Shown: positions 1 to 8,488 of the stretch, piece by piece
How the letters are laid out: each line of letters starts with the position of its first letter
Position numbering within the stretch: position 1 is the first letter of the stretch
NCBI GenBank assembly: GCA_964560135.1
Contig: CAZLKN010000007.1
Span: 8,418 to 72,417, forward strand
Length of the DNA: 64,000 nucleotides
Origin: an uncultured Actinomycetes bacterium
GTDB taxonomy: Bacteria > Actinomycetota > JAICYB01
Direction: 5' to 3'
The notes under the pieces: generated by a model
What the model was told of the DNA's origin: nothing
What the model saw: only the letters and a program-made list of their open reading frames with translations
The model's database searches: none
Program-made: the position numbers and the translations under genes

Positions 1-1134
1 CTGGCCCGCCTGGGCGGCGGTCCCCGTGCTCTGCGTCTCAGAGCCGGCGGTGGCGTCCACGTCGTTGGAGGAGATGGCGTCGCCGGTGTGAGCGATCGAG
101 TTGGACGCCCCGTTCTGGGCCAGGAGCCGCACCCAACGTGCGTCACCCTCGACCCGGATCGTCACGTCCTGGGAGCCGGAAAGCGCGTCCCCGGTCGCCG
201 AGAGCGCATCCTGGGAGAAGAAGACATGGTTGTCGCCGGTCTGCCCGCCGGCCCCGAGGGGCGCGAGGGCATGCGGCTGCACCGGGACGGTCACTCCGTC
301 CGGTCCCGCGTATCCCATCCCGAGTCGAACGCTCTCTTCGGCCACGTACACCTCGATGTCGACGACGATGCTCATCCCTGCGGTCTGCACGAGAACATCG
401 AGGCCCGGGGGACCCCGGATGTCGTAGGAGATCAGGACCTGGCTCCCACCCCATGTGCAGTCCTCGTTCTGGACGGCCACCTGGAGGATGGAGCCGGTGT
501 CACCGGTCAATCCGTTGTCGAACACCTTGGTCTGGCAGGTCTGCTGCGGCGTGGTGCTGCTCGAGATCACCGCCTCATCGGACGGGGAAACGGGGGCCGC
601 GGGGGCAGGGCCCTGCGGCTGTTCGTCGGTCGCCTGGTCTGCTCCATCCGCGTCCTCGGCGTCTGTTGCATCGTCCGGGTGGTCCTCCCGGGCTCCGGCA
701 TGGCGGCCGCGCAGGCGCGTGGAGGCACTGTTCGCGGTTCCCGAAATCGCATCGGAGACGTCCTGGCGCCCCACTTCGACATCGGCTTCGGCGCCGTCGG
801 GGTCCGGAGGCGCGGTCGCGGTCGCGTCGGCCTCCTGCTCGGCGAGCGCCTCGTCCATCCAGGGGAACGGCCACGGCCACGGCGTGATCGCGGGGGTCGG
901 GGACGGGGTCGCGGCGACGGGGGTCGGCGTCGGCGCAGGGGTGGCAGCCGGTGTCGGTGCCGGTGTGGCCGTCGGTGCAGGAGAGGCCGTCGGTGCCGGA
1001 GAGGGCGTCACCTGGGGGGTGGCGCTCGCCGGCGGTGGAGAGGCCTCCTCCTGGGCATGGGAAACCGAGCCCGTCAGGATCAGGGCCGCCACCGCGGAGG
1101 CCACGAAGGCCAGCCGACGTATCAGATGCCTCAT
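1..1134 (-). CDS. Secreted repeat protein R0, paralog of the GDN/SGDA repeat family (start complete, C-terminus runs off the left window edge)
   Basis: Absent from the ORF track because it has no stop inside the window. Checked by hand: in the frame with plus-strand triplets 1-3, 4-6 and so on, there is no tta/cta/tca from nt 1 to 1167. ATG at 1134..1132 is preceded by AGGAG. N-terminus MRHLIRRLAFVASAVAALILTGSVSHA looks like a signal peptide and is followed by a PT-rich linker. The visible end reads QTGDNHVFFSQDALSATGDALSGSQDVTIRVEGDARWVRLLAQNGASNSIAHTGDAISSND, the same motif order as the four genes downstream. Confidence 0.7.
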   Translation of the reverse strand, partial: MRHLIRRLAFVASAVAALILTGSVSHAQEEASPPPASATPQVTPSPAPTASPAPTATPAPTPAATPAPTPTPVAATPSPTPAITPWPWPFPWMDEALAEQEADATATAPPDPDGAEADVEVGRQDVSDAISGTANSASTRLRGRHAGAREDHPDDATDAEDADGADQATDEQPQGPAPAAPVSPSDEAVISSSTTPQQTCQTKVFDNGLTGDTGSILQVAVQNEDCTWGGSQVLISYDIRGPPGLDVLVQTAGMSIVVDIEVYVAEESVRLGMGYAGPDGVTVPVQPHALAPLGAGGQTGDNHVFFSQDALSATGDALSGSQDVTIRVEGDARWVRLLAQNGASNSIAHTGDAISSNDVDATAGSETQSTGTAAQAGQ

Positions 1135-1256
1135 CCGGCTCCTGTCGTTTACCTGTGTCAAGAATCGTCACATCGGTGTCAAGAGCCCGGTACGCAGGGT
1201 ACGCCCTCGGACGGACCCCCCGCCACTCCGGATGTCCCCACCGCCCGGACAGAAAG

Positions 1257-1286
1257 GGAGAGGGCCCCCGGCTGGGGGCCCTCTCC
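1257..1286 (-). terminator. GC-rich hairpin, probable intrinsic terminator of the LPXTG gene
   Basis: 13-bp stem GGAGAGGGCCCCC/GGGGGCCCTCTCC with a 4-nt loop, 21 nt past the stop at 1308. On the minus strand it is followed by CUUUCU. Confidence 0.55.
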
Positions 1287-1307
1287 AGACTGCTGTGCAG
1301 GTCGTCC

Positions 1308-1757
1308 CTAGGACGCCAGGCTCATGCGGAGCCGGCGCAGCAGGACGCCACCGCCCGAAAGGGCGGCCATGCCGAGAGCGAAGATGTCGCCCACGTTGAC
1401 ACCCGTGACGGGCAGACGGTCCGGACCGGCAGGTCCCGGGCTCGCCGTCGGGGCAGGCGTCGCATCAGCGGCGCCGTCACCCGGACCGACCAGCTTGAGT
1501 CCCGGCAGGTCCATGATCAGGTGACCCTCGGCGTCCTCGCAGACCTCGAGCGCCGGCAGATCGAGGACATCCTCCACACAGGGACCGTGGTCGGTGTCAC
1601 CCATCTCACCGATCGCCGCAGCCTCGAGACCCCCGCCGGTGGCGCCATCCGCCACACCGTCTCCGGGAAGCCCGAGTTGGGCGAAGGCCGTCGAGCCCAT
1701 GCCGAGGAACACCCCGGTCACGGCCACGAGGACCATTGCCTTGAGCTTGTTCGTCAT
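1308..1757 (-). CDS. LPXTG cell-wall-anchored surface protein (sortase substrate), 149 aa
   Basis: Signal peptide MTNKLKAMVLVAVTGVFLGMGSTAFA. C-terminal sorting signal LPVTG, then hydrophobic GVNVGDIFALGMAALSGGGVLL, then the basic tail RRLR. Acidic body with two Cys. Confidence 0.8.
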   Translation of the reverse strand: MTNKLKAMVLVAVTGVFLGMGSTAFAQLGLPGDGVADGATGGGLEAAAIGEMGDTDHGPCVEDVLDLPALEVCEDAEGHLIMDLPGLKLVGPGDGAADATPAPTASPGPAGPDRLPVTGVNVGDIFALGMAALSGGGVLLRRLRMSLAS

Positions 1758-1831
1758 TCTGATTGCTCCTTTCCGACAACAAAACGACCTAACCAGTCGA
1801 ATCCACGTTCAGTGGACTCTAGAGGACCCGA

Positions 1832-2479
1832 CTATCCTGGTGCAATCACGTCCCAGGCGTAAAGGAACTCACGCGCCTCCTCGTCGGCGACCGCCCGGAA
1901 CGGGACGATCCGGTGCCGTGTCAGGGCTAACGCCGAACCGAGCAGGGCGGCCACGAGGCCCAGGCCTCCGGACATCGAAGCCGCACCGACCCTGCAGGCG
2001 CTGGCCGCTTCGGCGAGGAACGCGCCGAAACCCGTCAAACTCTTCTCTGAACGCTCATCTCGAGCCGTGGTCCCGGCATGGACGGCGTCCTCGACCGACC
2101 CAGAGGGCACCGGCCTGGCCGAGCGCGTCATGACCTGTTCGGGGGCGGGGGTCGCGGACATCGGGATGGTGTAGGTCGGCGCCTGCGCTGGGACCGGGTC
2201 CGCGGGGGCGGGATCCTCCGCGGTCACCGGCTCGGGCTCGGCCCCCTCCGCGACGGGCTCGGGGGCCGGCGGTGCGCCCGGCTCCTCACCTTCAGAGGGC
2301 GCAGGCGTCGTCACAGGCTCGGGGACCACCGGATTCGACGCGGGGAACTTCGTCTTTGAGTGGACCTCGTAGGGATCGGTCATCTCCGGCACGGAGGCGG
2401 ACGCGTGCCCGGCGGCCAGGAGCAGGGCGCCACCCACGAGCGCCATCGCGATGCCCACCGTCCGGACCGTGGTCCTCAC
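1832..2479 (-). CDS. Proline-rich exported protein with a C-terminal membrane anchor, unknown function
   Basis: GTG start preceded by GGGGAG. Signal peptide MRTTVRTVGIAMALVGGALLLAAGHASA, PE/PA-rich region, late hydrophobic segment GGLGLVAALLGSALAL followed by TRHR. Confidence 0.6.
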   Translation of the reverse strand: MRTTVRTVGIAMALVGGALLLAAGHASASVPEMTDPYEVHSKTKFPASNPVVPEPVTTPAPSEGEEPGAPPAPEPVAEGAEPEPVTAEDPAPADPVPAQAPTYTIPMSATPAPEQVMTRSARPVPSGSVEDAVHAGTTARDERSEKSLTGFGAFLAEAASACRVGAASMSGGLGLVAALLGSALALTRHRIVPFRAVADEEAREFLYAWDVIAPG

Positions 2480-2551
2480 ACCTGCTCCCCTTCGACACTC
2501 GGGTCCACAACAACGTCAGCGACCCGGCACGGGTATACCCGTACGGGCCGA

Positions 2552-2580
2552 ATCGTATGCCTGGCGATGGAAACGGTCAA
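2552..2580 (-). promoter_or_regulatory. Candidate sigma-70-type promoter for the 1832..2479 gene
   Basis: The minus strand reads TTGACC, 17 nt, TACGAT, about 70 nt upstream of the GTG start. Confidence 0.35.
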
Positions 2581-2695
2581 CCATCTTGCACGCTCGTTAA
2601 CCCGAACAACACAAGAGGACGAGCTTCCAGGTTGGCGGACCGGACGTTTTCTATCGCATCCGCACAGTCGCTGACAAATCCGCACCGGAAACGCG

Positions 2696-2725
2696 AAGGA
2701 GGGGCGGGTCGCCCCGCCCCTCCTT
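2696..2725 (-). terminator. GC-rich hairpin downstream of repeat gene R1
   Basis: 13-bp stem AAGGAGGGGCGGG/CCCGCCCCTCCTT with a 4-nt loop, 21 nt past the R1 stop. Weak U tract (CGCGUUUCC). Confidence 0.5.
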
Positions 2726-2746
2726 GCGTACAGCGGCCCTGGTCGC

Positions 2747-5530
2747 CTAAGAGGCGGCCATGGCGGACAGCTCGAAGCTCGATGCGGAGCCGGTCGCCGC
2801 GGGCGCCAGGCCGCTCCCCGTAGAGAGGGCCGTGGACCCGCTGGTCGCGACACCGATCACCTGCGAGCCGGCCACCGCGTCGCCCGTGTGGGCATCCGCG
2901 GCCTGGCCGGCATCCAGGATCGAGTCACCGAGCTGCGACGACGAGGCCGTGTCGCCCGTGGACTCTGCCACGGCACCGAGCTGGCCTGTCGCGAAGTTGT
3001 CGGCGTCGGCTTCGAACGTCTCGGCGATGCTCGCGTCGTCGAAGTTCTGCAGCTGTGCGAGCACATCACCGTGGACGGTGCCGATCACCTGCGAGCCGGC
3101 CACCGCGTCGCCGGAAGAGACCGACGCGTGCTGACCGAGCGCGAGGGCGTTATCGCCGATCTGGGAGGCCGTAGCCTCGCCACCGTCGGCGACAGCGAGC
3201 GCCCCGACGTTGATACCGTTCGCGGCGTTGGTCGCCGTGGCGTCGCCCGTGACCGCAACCGCGTCAACGGCTGCGTTCTGGGTCTGCACCGTGGCGTCCC
3301 CGCCTGCGGTCCCGATCACCTGGGATCCGGCCACCGCGTCACCCGAGTACGCCTCCGCGAGCTGCCCGATCACGGCGTCGTTGTCGCCGATCTGGGAAGC
3401 GGATGCGTCCTCGTCGAACGCGAGGGCTTCAGGACCCGCGGTGAGCAGGTCGACCTCGTTCACGATGACGTCGAACGCGACGTCACCAGAGACCGAGGTG
3501 CTGGTGTCCGACGAGTTCTGTCCCTGGATCGAGACGTCCCCGCCGTCCGCCACCGCACCGGTGACCTGCGAGCCGGCCACTGCATCGCCGGAGGCGAGCA
3601 GAGCCTGCTGGTCGACCGCAACGCCGTTGGAGCCGTTCTGAACGGCCGTCGCCGCCCCGAACTCACCAACAGCCAGAGGTCCGGCCAGCGCTTCCTCGAC
3701 GAGATTGATCGTCGAGAAGGTGCCCACATCGCCGGTGAAGGCGAAGTCGTCGACCGAGTCGTTCTGGTTCTGCACCAGCACGCTCGAGCCGGCGATCACG
3801 CCCGTGACCTGCGAACCCGCGACCGCATCGCCCGAGGCGAGGTCGGCCGACTGGCCCGTGGCCAGGGTGTTGTCGCCGATCTGCGAGGCCGACGCTTCAT
3901 CGAAAACACCGATGGCGAAGGGACCCGCGACCGAGTTGGCGTTCACGTTACCGGTGCCACCGAAGAGCACGAACCCCGACAGCGCCAAGGCGTTGTCGGA
4001 GGTGTTCTGGTTCTGCACCGTCACGTCGCCGCCGATGGCACCCGTGATCTGGGCGCCGGCAACCGCATCGCCGGAAGCGAGCGCGGCAACCTGATCGGCG
4101 AGGAGCTCGTTGTCTCCGACCTGCGAGGCCGTTGCAGCCTCGAAGATCGCCAGGGCGAACGGACCCGCGACGGCGCCGGTCACCACATTGGTGTCCGAGC
4201 CGAGGGCCACGTCGCCCGAGAACGCGAAGCTGTCGGTGGAGGTGTTCTGCTGCTGGATCTCGCCCGTCGCACCGACGGCTCCGGTCACCTGGGAACCCGC
4301 GACCGCATCGCCGGAGGCGAGGTCGGCCGACTGGGCGATCCCCAGGTCGTTGTCACCGTTCTGGGTCGCCGAGGCGGGCGCGAAGATCGCGTCCGCGGTG
4401 GGACCCACCTGCACGAATTCGACGAGGTTCTCGACCCCGCCGAGTCCGACCGTGCCACTGAAGGCGGTGTCGCCTTCACTCGACTGCTGGTTCTGGACAG
4501 ACAGGTGTCCGGCCTGCTCGGTGACCAGGCCCGTGATCTGCGAACCGGCGACGGCGTCGCCGGAATGCGCACGGACGTCCTGGTCGATCTCCGCCGAGTT
4601 GTCGCCGACCTGGCTCGACTGAGCCTGGTCGTCGAACGCTCGGGCGGTGGGACCGACGACAACCGCCAGGGCCAGGTTCTCGGACTCGACATCACCCGAG
4701 AAGGCCGCCGCGTCCGTCGAGGAGCTCTGCCCCTGGACGGTGGACGAACCGTTCCCGACGATGCCGGTCACGAAGGACCCGGCCACGGCGTCACCCGACG
4801 AAGCCTCGTTGGACTGCGTCAGGACGGCGTCGTTGTCCCCGATCTGGCTGGCCGAGGCCTCCGCCTGGTCGGCGAAGGCGTTCGGGCCGAGGGCCAGATC
4901 ACCGAGGTTGAATGCGTCCACTGCGCCGGAGACGGCGACCGGGTCCGTTGCCGAGTTCTGGCTCTGGACCTCGTTGTCGCCGTTCGACACGATGCCGACG
5001 ACCTGCGAACCGGCGACCGCGTCACCGGTAGCAGCCCCGACGGTCTGGGACGCATCCAGCCGGTTGTCCCCGACCTGCGACGCCTGAGCGAGCGCGTCGA
5101 CCGATGTCGCCTCCGGACCGAGCACGTACGCTCCGTCGTTGGCGGCGGTCGCGGGACCCGACTCGGCGATGGCGCCATCCGAGGTGTTCTGCACCTGGAC
5201 GGTCGCTCCGCCGCCCACCGCGCCGGCAACCGTGCTCCCGGCCGCGGCGTCGCCCGAGTGGGCGGCCGCGTCCTGCGAGACGGTACCGGCGTTGTCCCCG
5301 TTCTGCGCCGCCTGGGCCGGGGCGCCGTCGGCACCCGCAGCCGGCCCCGCATTGAACGTCAGCGCGTTCTGTGCGGTGGCCGTATCAGACGTCGCATCCG
5401 AGTCGGTGGATGTGTTCTGTCCTTGCACCACAGTGGCCTCCTGGGCGGTTGCACTACCCGCCCAAGCCAGGAAGCCGAAGCAGCCGAGCGCGGCGAACAC
5501 CAGCCACCTGGCCAGTGTCCTGCGCTCCAT
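2747..5530 (-). CDS. Secreted acidic repeat protein R1 (927 aa, 11 repeats)
   Basis: RBS GAGGAGGAAGC before the ATG. Signal peptide MERRTLARWLVFAALGCFGFLAWAGSATA. The rest is 11 units such as TVQNQNTSDNALALSGFVLFGGTGNVNANSVAGPFAIGVFDEASASQIGDNTLATGQSADLASGDAVAGSQVTGVIAGSSV. By eye the mature chain has no Lys, Cys or Trp. Confidence 0.85.
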   Translation of the reverse strand: MERRTLARWLVFAALGCFGFLAWAGSATAQEATVVQGQNTSTDSDATSDTATAQNALTFNAGPAAGADGAPAQAAQNGDNAGTVSQDAAAHSGDAAAGSTVAGAVGGGATVQVQNTSDGAIAESGPATAANDGAYVLGPEATSVDALAQASQVGDNRLDASQTVGAATGDAVAGSQVVGIVSNGDNEVQSQNSATDPVAVSGAVDAFNLGDLALGPNAFADQAEASASQIGDNDAVLTQSNEASSGDAVAGSFVTGIVGNGSSTVQGQSSSTDAAAFSGDVESENLALAVVVGPTARAFDDQAQSSQVGDNSAEIDQDVRAHSGDAVAGSQITGLVTEQAGHLSVQNQQSSEGDTAFSGTVGLGGVENLVEFVQVGPTADAIFAPASATQNGDNDLGIAQSADLASGDAVAGSQVTGAVGATGEIQQQNTSTDSFAFSGDVALGSDTNVVTGAVAGPFALAIFEAATASQVGDNELLADQVAALASGDAVAGAQITGAIGGDVTVQNQNTSDNALALSGFVLFGGTGNVNANSVAGPFAIGVFDEASASQIGDNTLATGQSADLASGDAVAGSQVTGVIAGSSVLVQNQNDSVDDFAFTGDVGTFSTINLVEEALAGPLAVGEFGAATAVQNGSNGVAVDQQALLASGDAVAGSQVTGAVADGGDVSIQGQNSSDTSTSVSGDVAFDVIVNEVDLLTAGPEALAFDEDASASQIGDNDAVIGQLAEAYSGDAVAGSQVIGTAGGDATVQTQNAAVDAVAVTGDATATNAANGINVGALAVADGGEATASQIGDNALALGQHASVSSGDAVAGSQVIGTVHGDVLAQLQNFDDASIAETFEADADNFATGQLGAVAESTGDTASSSQLGDSILDAGQAADAHTGDAVAGSQVIGVATSGSTALSTGSGLAPAATGSASSFELSAMAAS

Positions 5531-5741
5531 GCTTCCTCCTCTGTCGTCCGGACCCCACGACGGGGCCCGGATCCGTTCTTCTCCCGGTGCTGAACCGTCT
5601 CACCTCCTTCGACGCGCGCGGGGCCACGCACCGGCGTGCGGCCCCGATGGTGTTGTTACTGATGTTGTTTGCGCTCATGAAGTTGCTCAAGTGCAAACAG
5701 TAGCCCAGTGGGGTACTGCGCACAACGAACAGGAGAAAAGG

Positions 5742-5769
5742 GGAGGGGCCCCCTTGTGGGGGCCCCTCC
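5742..5769 (-). terminator. Intrinsic terminator downstream of R2
   Basis: 12-bp stem GGAGGGGCCCCC/GGGGGCCCCTCC with loop TTGT, 40 nt past the R2 stop. Followed on the minus strand by CUUUUCUCCU. Confidence 0.65.
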
Positions 5770-5809
5770 ACCAGCTCTGGCAGCCTCTCGGCCGCGACGA
5801 GCGCGTTAC

Positions 5810-8194
5810 CTAGCTGACATCACCCGTGACCTGGGCGCCGGCCACCGCATCACCCGAGTCCGAAGACAGGGTCTGCGAAGCGACGAACCCGGTGTCACCG
5901 ACGGTGCTGGCCGAAGCCGTCGCAGTAGCGGAGAACGCCTCCGCGGTCAGCGAACCCGCTGCCGCGTTGTTGGCGAACCCGTTACCGGAGAGCGCGAACG
6001 AACCGAAGTCGTTGTTGCTGACCTGGATCGTCGCCTCCGGCGCCACGACGCCGGTGACCTGGGAGCCCGCAACTGCGTCTCCCGTGCCAACCGACACGTC
6101 CTGACCGAAGTCAAGGAAGTTGTCTCCGACCTGCGAGGCCGAAGCCACGCCGTCAGCATCCGCACTCGGGCCAAGATTGGCGTCGAGCAGGTTGTCTGCG
6201 AACACATCACCCGAGAACGCGAACGTGTCCTCGGATGTGTTCGTGTTCTGCACCACAGCTTCGCCACCGGCGACAACACCGGTCACCTGGCTGCCGGCGA
6301 CGGCGTCACCGCTGTCAGCGGCGATCACCTGGTCGGCAGAGGCGTCGTTGTCACCGATCTGCGAAGCAGACGCGGTGTCGAAGAAGGAGACCGCAGTCGG
6401 GCCTGCCTCCAAGATGCCGTCGTTCACGGCATCGACCTCACCGCTGACGGAGAAGGCGAAGTCGGCGACGTTGGTGTTCTGCACCGTGACGTCACCGTCG
6501 GCCACCACTCCCGTCACCTGGCCGCCGGCAACCGCGTCGCCAGAAGCGACATCGATCACCTGCGCCAGCGCGGCGGCGTTGTCGCCCGTCTGGCTGACCG
6601 TTGCATCGCCATCAGCGATGGCGCTCGGGCCGGCCTCGACGAAGGCGAGGTTGTCGGCGAACAGCTCACCGGAGACCGCGAATGCGACCTCCGTGTTGGC
6701 CGTGTTCTGCACGACAACATCGCCCGTGGCGACGATACCGGTGACCTGACCGCCAGCGACGGCGTCACCGGTCTCGCCCGTGATCTCCTGCGCCACGGCC
6801 GCGGTGTTGTCCCCCACCTGCGAGGCGGAGGCATCACCGAAGAACGAGTCCGCAGAGGGACCCGAAAGCGCAAATCCGAAGTTCACGGTGTCGACGCTGC
6901 CGGAGACGGCGAACGGGAGCACAGCGGAGAGCTGCTGCTGAACCGTGACGTCGCCGTGGCCCACAGCACCCACCACCTGGCCGCCCGCGAGGGCGTCCCC
7001 GGTGGTGCCGTCTGCGACCTGAGCAACCGCCACGTCATTGTCTCCGATCTGCGAAACCGTCGCATCTCCGTCTTCTGCAAATGCGTTCGGGCCGGCAAGG
7101 CCGAACCCGATGTTCACTGCCTCAGCGTCACCGCTGACTGCGAAGTCACCATCACTCGCTTGCTGGTTCTGAACCGTCAGGAACCCACCCTGGTCACCCA
7201 CGGCACCGGTCACCTGGGAGCCTGCCAGCGCATCACCGGTCGACGACTGCGCATCCTGCGCAACGTCGGCGGTGTTGTCGCCGGTCTGGCTCGCCGAAGC
7301 ACTGGTACCGAAGATGCTAGCTGCGTTAGGAGCGGCAGTGGCGAAGCCGACGTTGAGAGCCAACGTGTCTCCACTGGCCGCGAACCCGTCCTCAGACGAG
7401 CCCTGGTTCTGAACGGTCGCCGATCCGCCGACGATCCCCGTCACCTGTGACGAGGCCACTGCGTCGCCCGATTCGGCCTCCGAGGACTGCGTAAGTACCG
7501 CATCGTTGTCCCCGATCTGGCCGGTCTGAGCGACGCCGTCGGTCGAAAAGGCGGTCGGTCCAGCAGCTGCGAGCCCGAGGTTCACCACTTCGGCGTCGCC
7601 GGATTCGGCGAACGCGTCGGTGGCGTTGTTTGTGTTCTGAACGACGTGCTCGCCGTCACCCACGATGCCCGTGATCTGCCCACCGGCGACAGCGTCACCG
7701 GTAGCAGCGGCACCGAACTGGGAAACAGCAGTGTCGTTCGAACCAACCTGGCTCGTCTGGGCGGTACCGTCATCGGTGGAGGCCGAAGGGCCCGTCGTGA
7801 CGTTGGCGTCGTTCACCACGTCTGCATCCCCGGACACCGCAACCGGATTGGTCGCGTTGTTCGTGTTCTGCACCGTGGCGTCATCCGCCACAACACCGGT
7901 CACCTGCGCCCCAGCCACGGGATCGCCACTCTCGGCGGTCCCGGACTGCGACACGTTCGCGGTGTTGTCGCCCAGCTGCTGGGACGAAGCCCCCGTGTCT
8001 CCCGTGGCTGCAGGGCCCCCCGCGAAATCGGCGTTGTTCTCGCCGCTCGCGGTACCCGTCTCAGCCTCGGAATCCGTCGAGGTCTGCGTCCCCTGGACCG
8101 TGGTCTCCGCGTTCGCGGCATTCGCCGCGAACAGGAAACCGAAGCAAGCGAGCGCGGAGACGAGCAGCCACCTGGCTACTGTCCTGCGCTCCAT
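5810..8194 (-). CDS. Secreted acidic repeat protein R2 (794 aa, 10 repeats)
   Basis: The track ORF 5810..8401 was trimmed to the internal ATG at 8194, which is preceded by AGGAGGAAGC. From there the N-terminus MERRTVARWLLVSALACFGFLFAANAANA aligns with the R1 signal peptide. By eye the mature chain has no Lys, Arg, Cys or Trp. Confidence 0.85.
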   Translation of the reverse strand: MERRTVARWLLVSALACFGFLFAANAANAETTVQGTQTSTDSEAETGTASGENNADFAGGPAATGDTGASSQQLGDNTANVSQSGTAESGDPVAGAQVTGVVADDATVQNTNNATNPVAVSGDADVVNDANVTTGPSASTDDGTAQTSQVGSNDTAVSQFGAAATGDAVAGGQITGIVGDGEHVVQNTNNATDAFAESGDAEVVNLGLAAAGPTAFSTDGVAQTGQIGDNDAVLTQSSEAESGDAVASSQVTGIVGGSATVQNQGSSEDGFAASGDTLALNVGFATAAPNAASIFGTSASASQTGDNTADVAQDAQSSTGDALAGSQVTGAVGDQGGFLTVQNQQASDGDFAVSGDAEAVNIGFGLAGPNAFAEDGDATVSQIGDNDVAVAQVADGTTGDALAGGQVVGAVGHGDVTVQQQLSAVLPFAVSGSVDTVNFGFALSGPSADSFFGDASASQVGDNTAAVAQEITGETGDAVAGGQVTGIVATGDVVVQNTANTEVAFAVSGELFADNLAFVEAGPSAIADGDATVSQTGDNAAALAQVIDVASGDAVAGGQVTGVVADGDVTVQNTNVADFAFSVSGEVDAVNDGILEAGPTAVSFFDTASASQIGDNDASADQVIAADSGDAVAGSQVTGVVAGGEAVVQNTNTSEDTFAFSGDVFADNLLDANLGPSADADGVASASQVGDNFLDFGQDVSVGTGDAVAGSQVTGVVAPEATIQVSNNDFGSFALSGNGFANNAAAGSLTAEAFSATATASASTVGDTGFVASQTLSSDSGDAVAGAQVTGDVS

Positions 8195-8444
8195 GTGCTT
8201 CCTCCTGTCTAGGAGTCCTACGTACGACCCGGCGTCCTTGGCGTGCCCTACGGGCCCGCTGCGGAGCACCGGTGCCCGGCCAACGGGGCCGGACTTCCCG
8301 ATCCGAGCGCGCGCAAGCGCATCACTCTTGTCGGGCAGGGAGACACAGGGCGCATCGTCCCTGTGTCCGCCTACCCGGCGCTTGCTCATCGCTCGCGTCA
8401 TCCTACCGTCTTCCGCCCATCCGTCACATCAACCGGGGCCGGCG

Positions 8445-8471
8445 CGGGGGCGGGCACGAGGCCCGCCCCCG
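8445..8471 (-). terminator. GC hairpin downstream of R3 (no clear U tract)
   Basis: 11-bp stem CGGGGGCGGGC/GCCCGCCCCCG with a 5-nt loop, 17 nt past the R3 stop. Confidence 0.4.
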
Positions 8472-8488
8472 GTAGCCGAACCAAATCC

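Noticed and set aside
88-1311. 407-aa plus-strand ORF, and several other overlapping ORFs, at the left edge
   Set aside because: The products are Arg/Gly-rich low-complexity sequences with no motifs. They lie antisense to, or out of frame with, the hand-verified minus-strand gene 1..1134, which has an RBS, a signal peptide and family motifs.
2888-5593. 901-aa plus-strand ORF mirroring repeat gene R1
   Set aside because: This is an antisense shadow of a GC-rich repeat gene. The product is dominated by R/G/D/V with no signal peptide or RBS. Its periodicity simply reflects the reverse complement of the real repeats.
8195-8401. N-terminal extensions of track ORFs: R2 to 8401, R3 to 11581, Ig-like genes to 22081 and 23879, rsmG to 46471, rpmH to 49247
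   Set aside because: Each extension is Arg/Pro-rich and precedes an internal Met that has a strong SD and starts a canonical signal peptide or conserved N-terminus.
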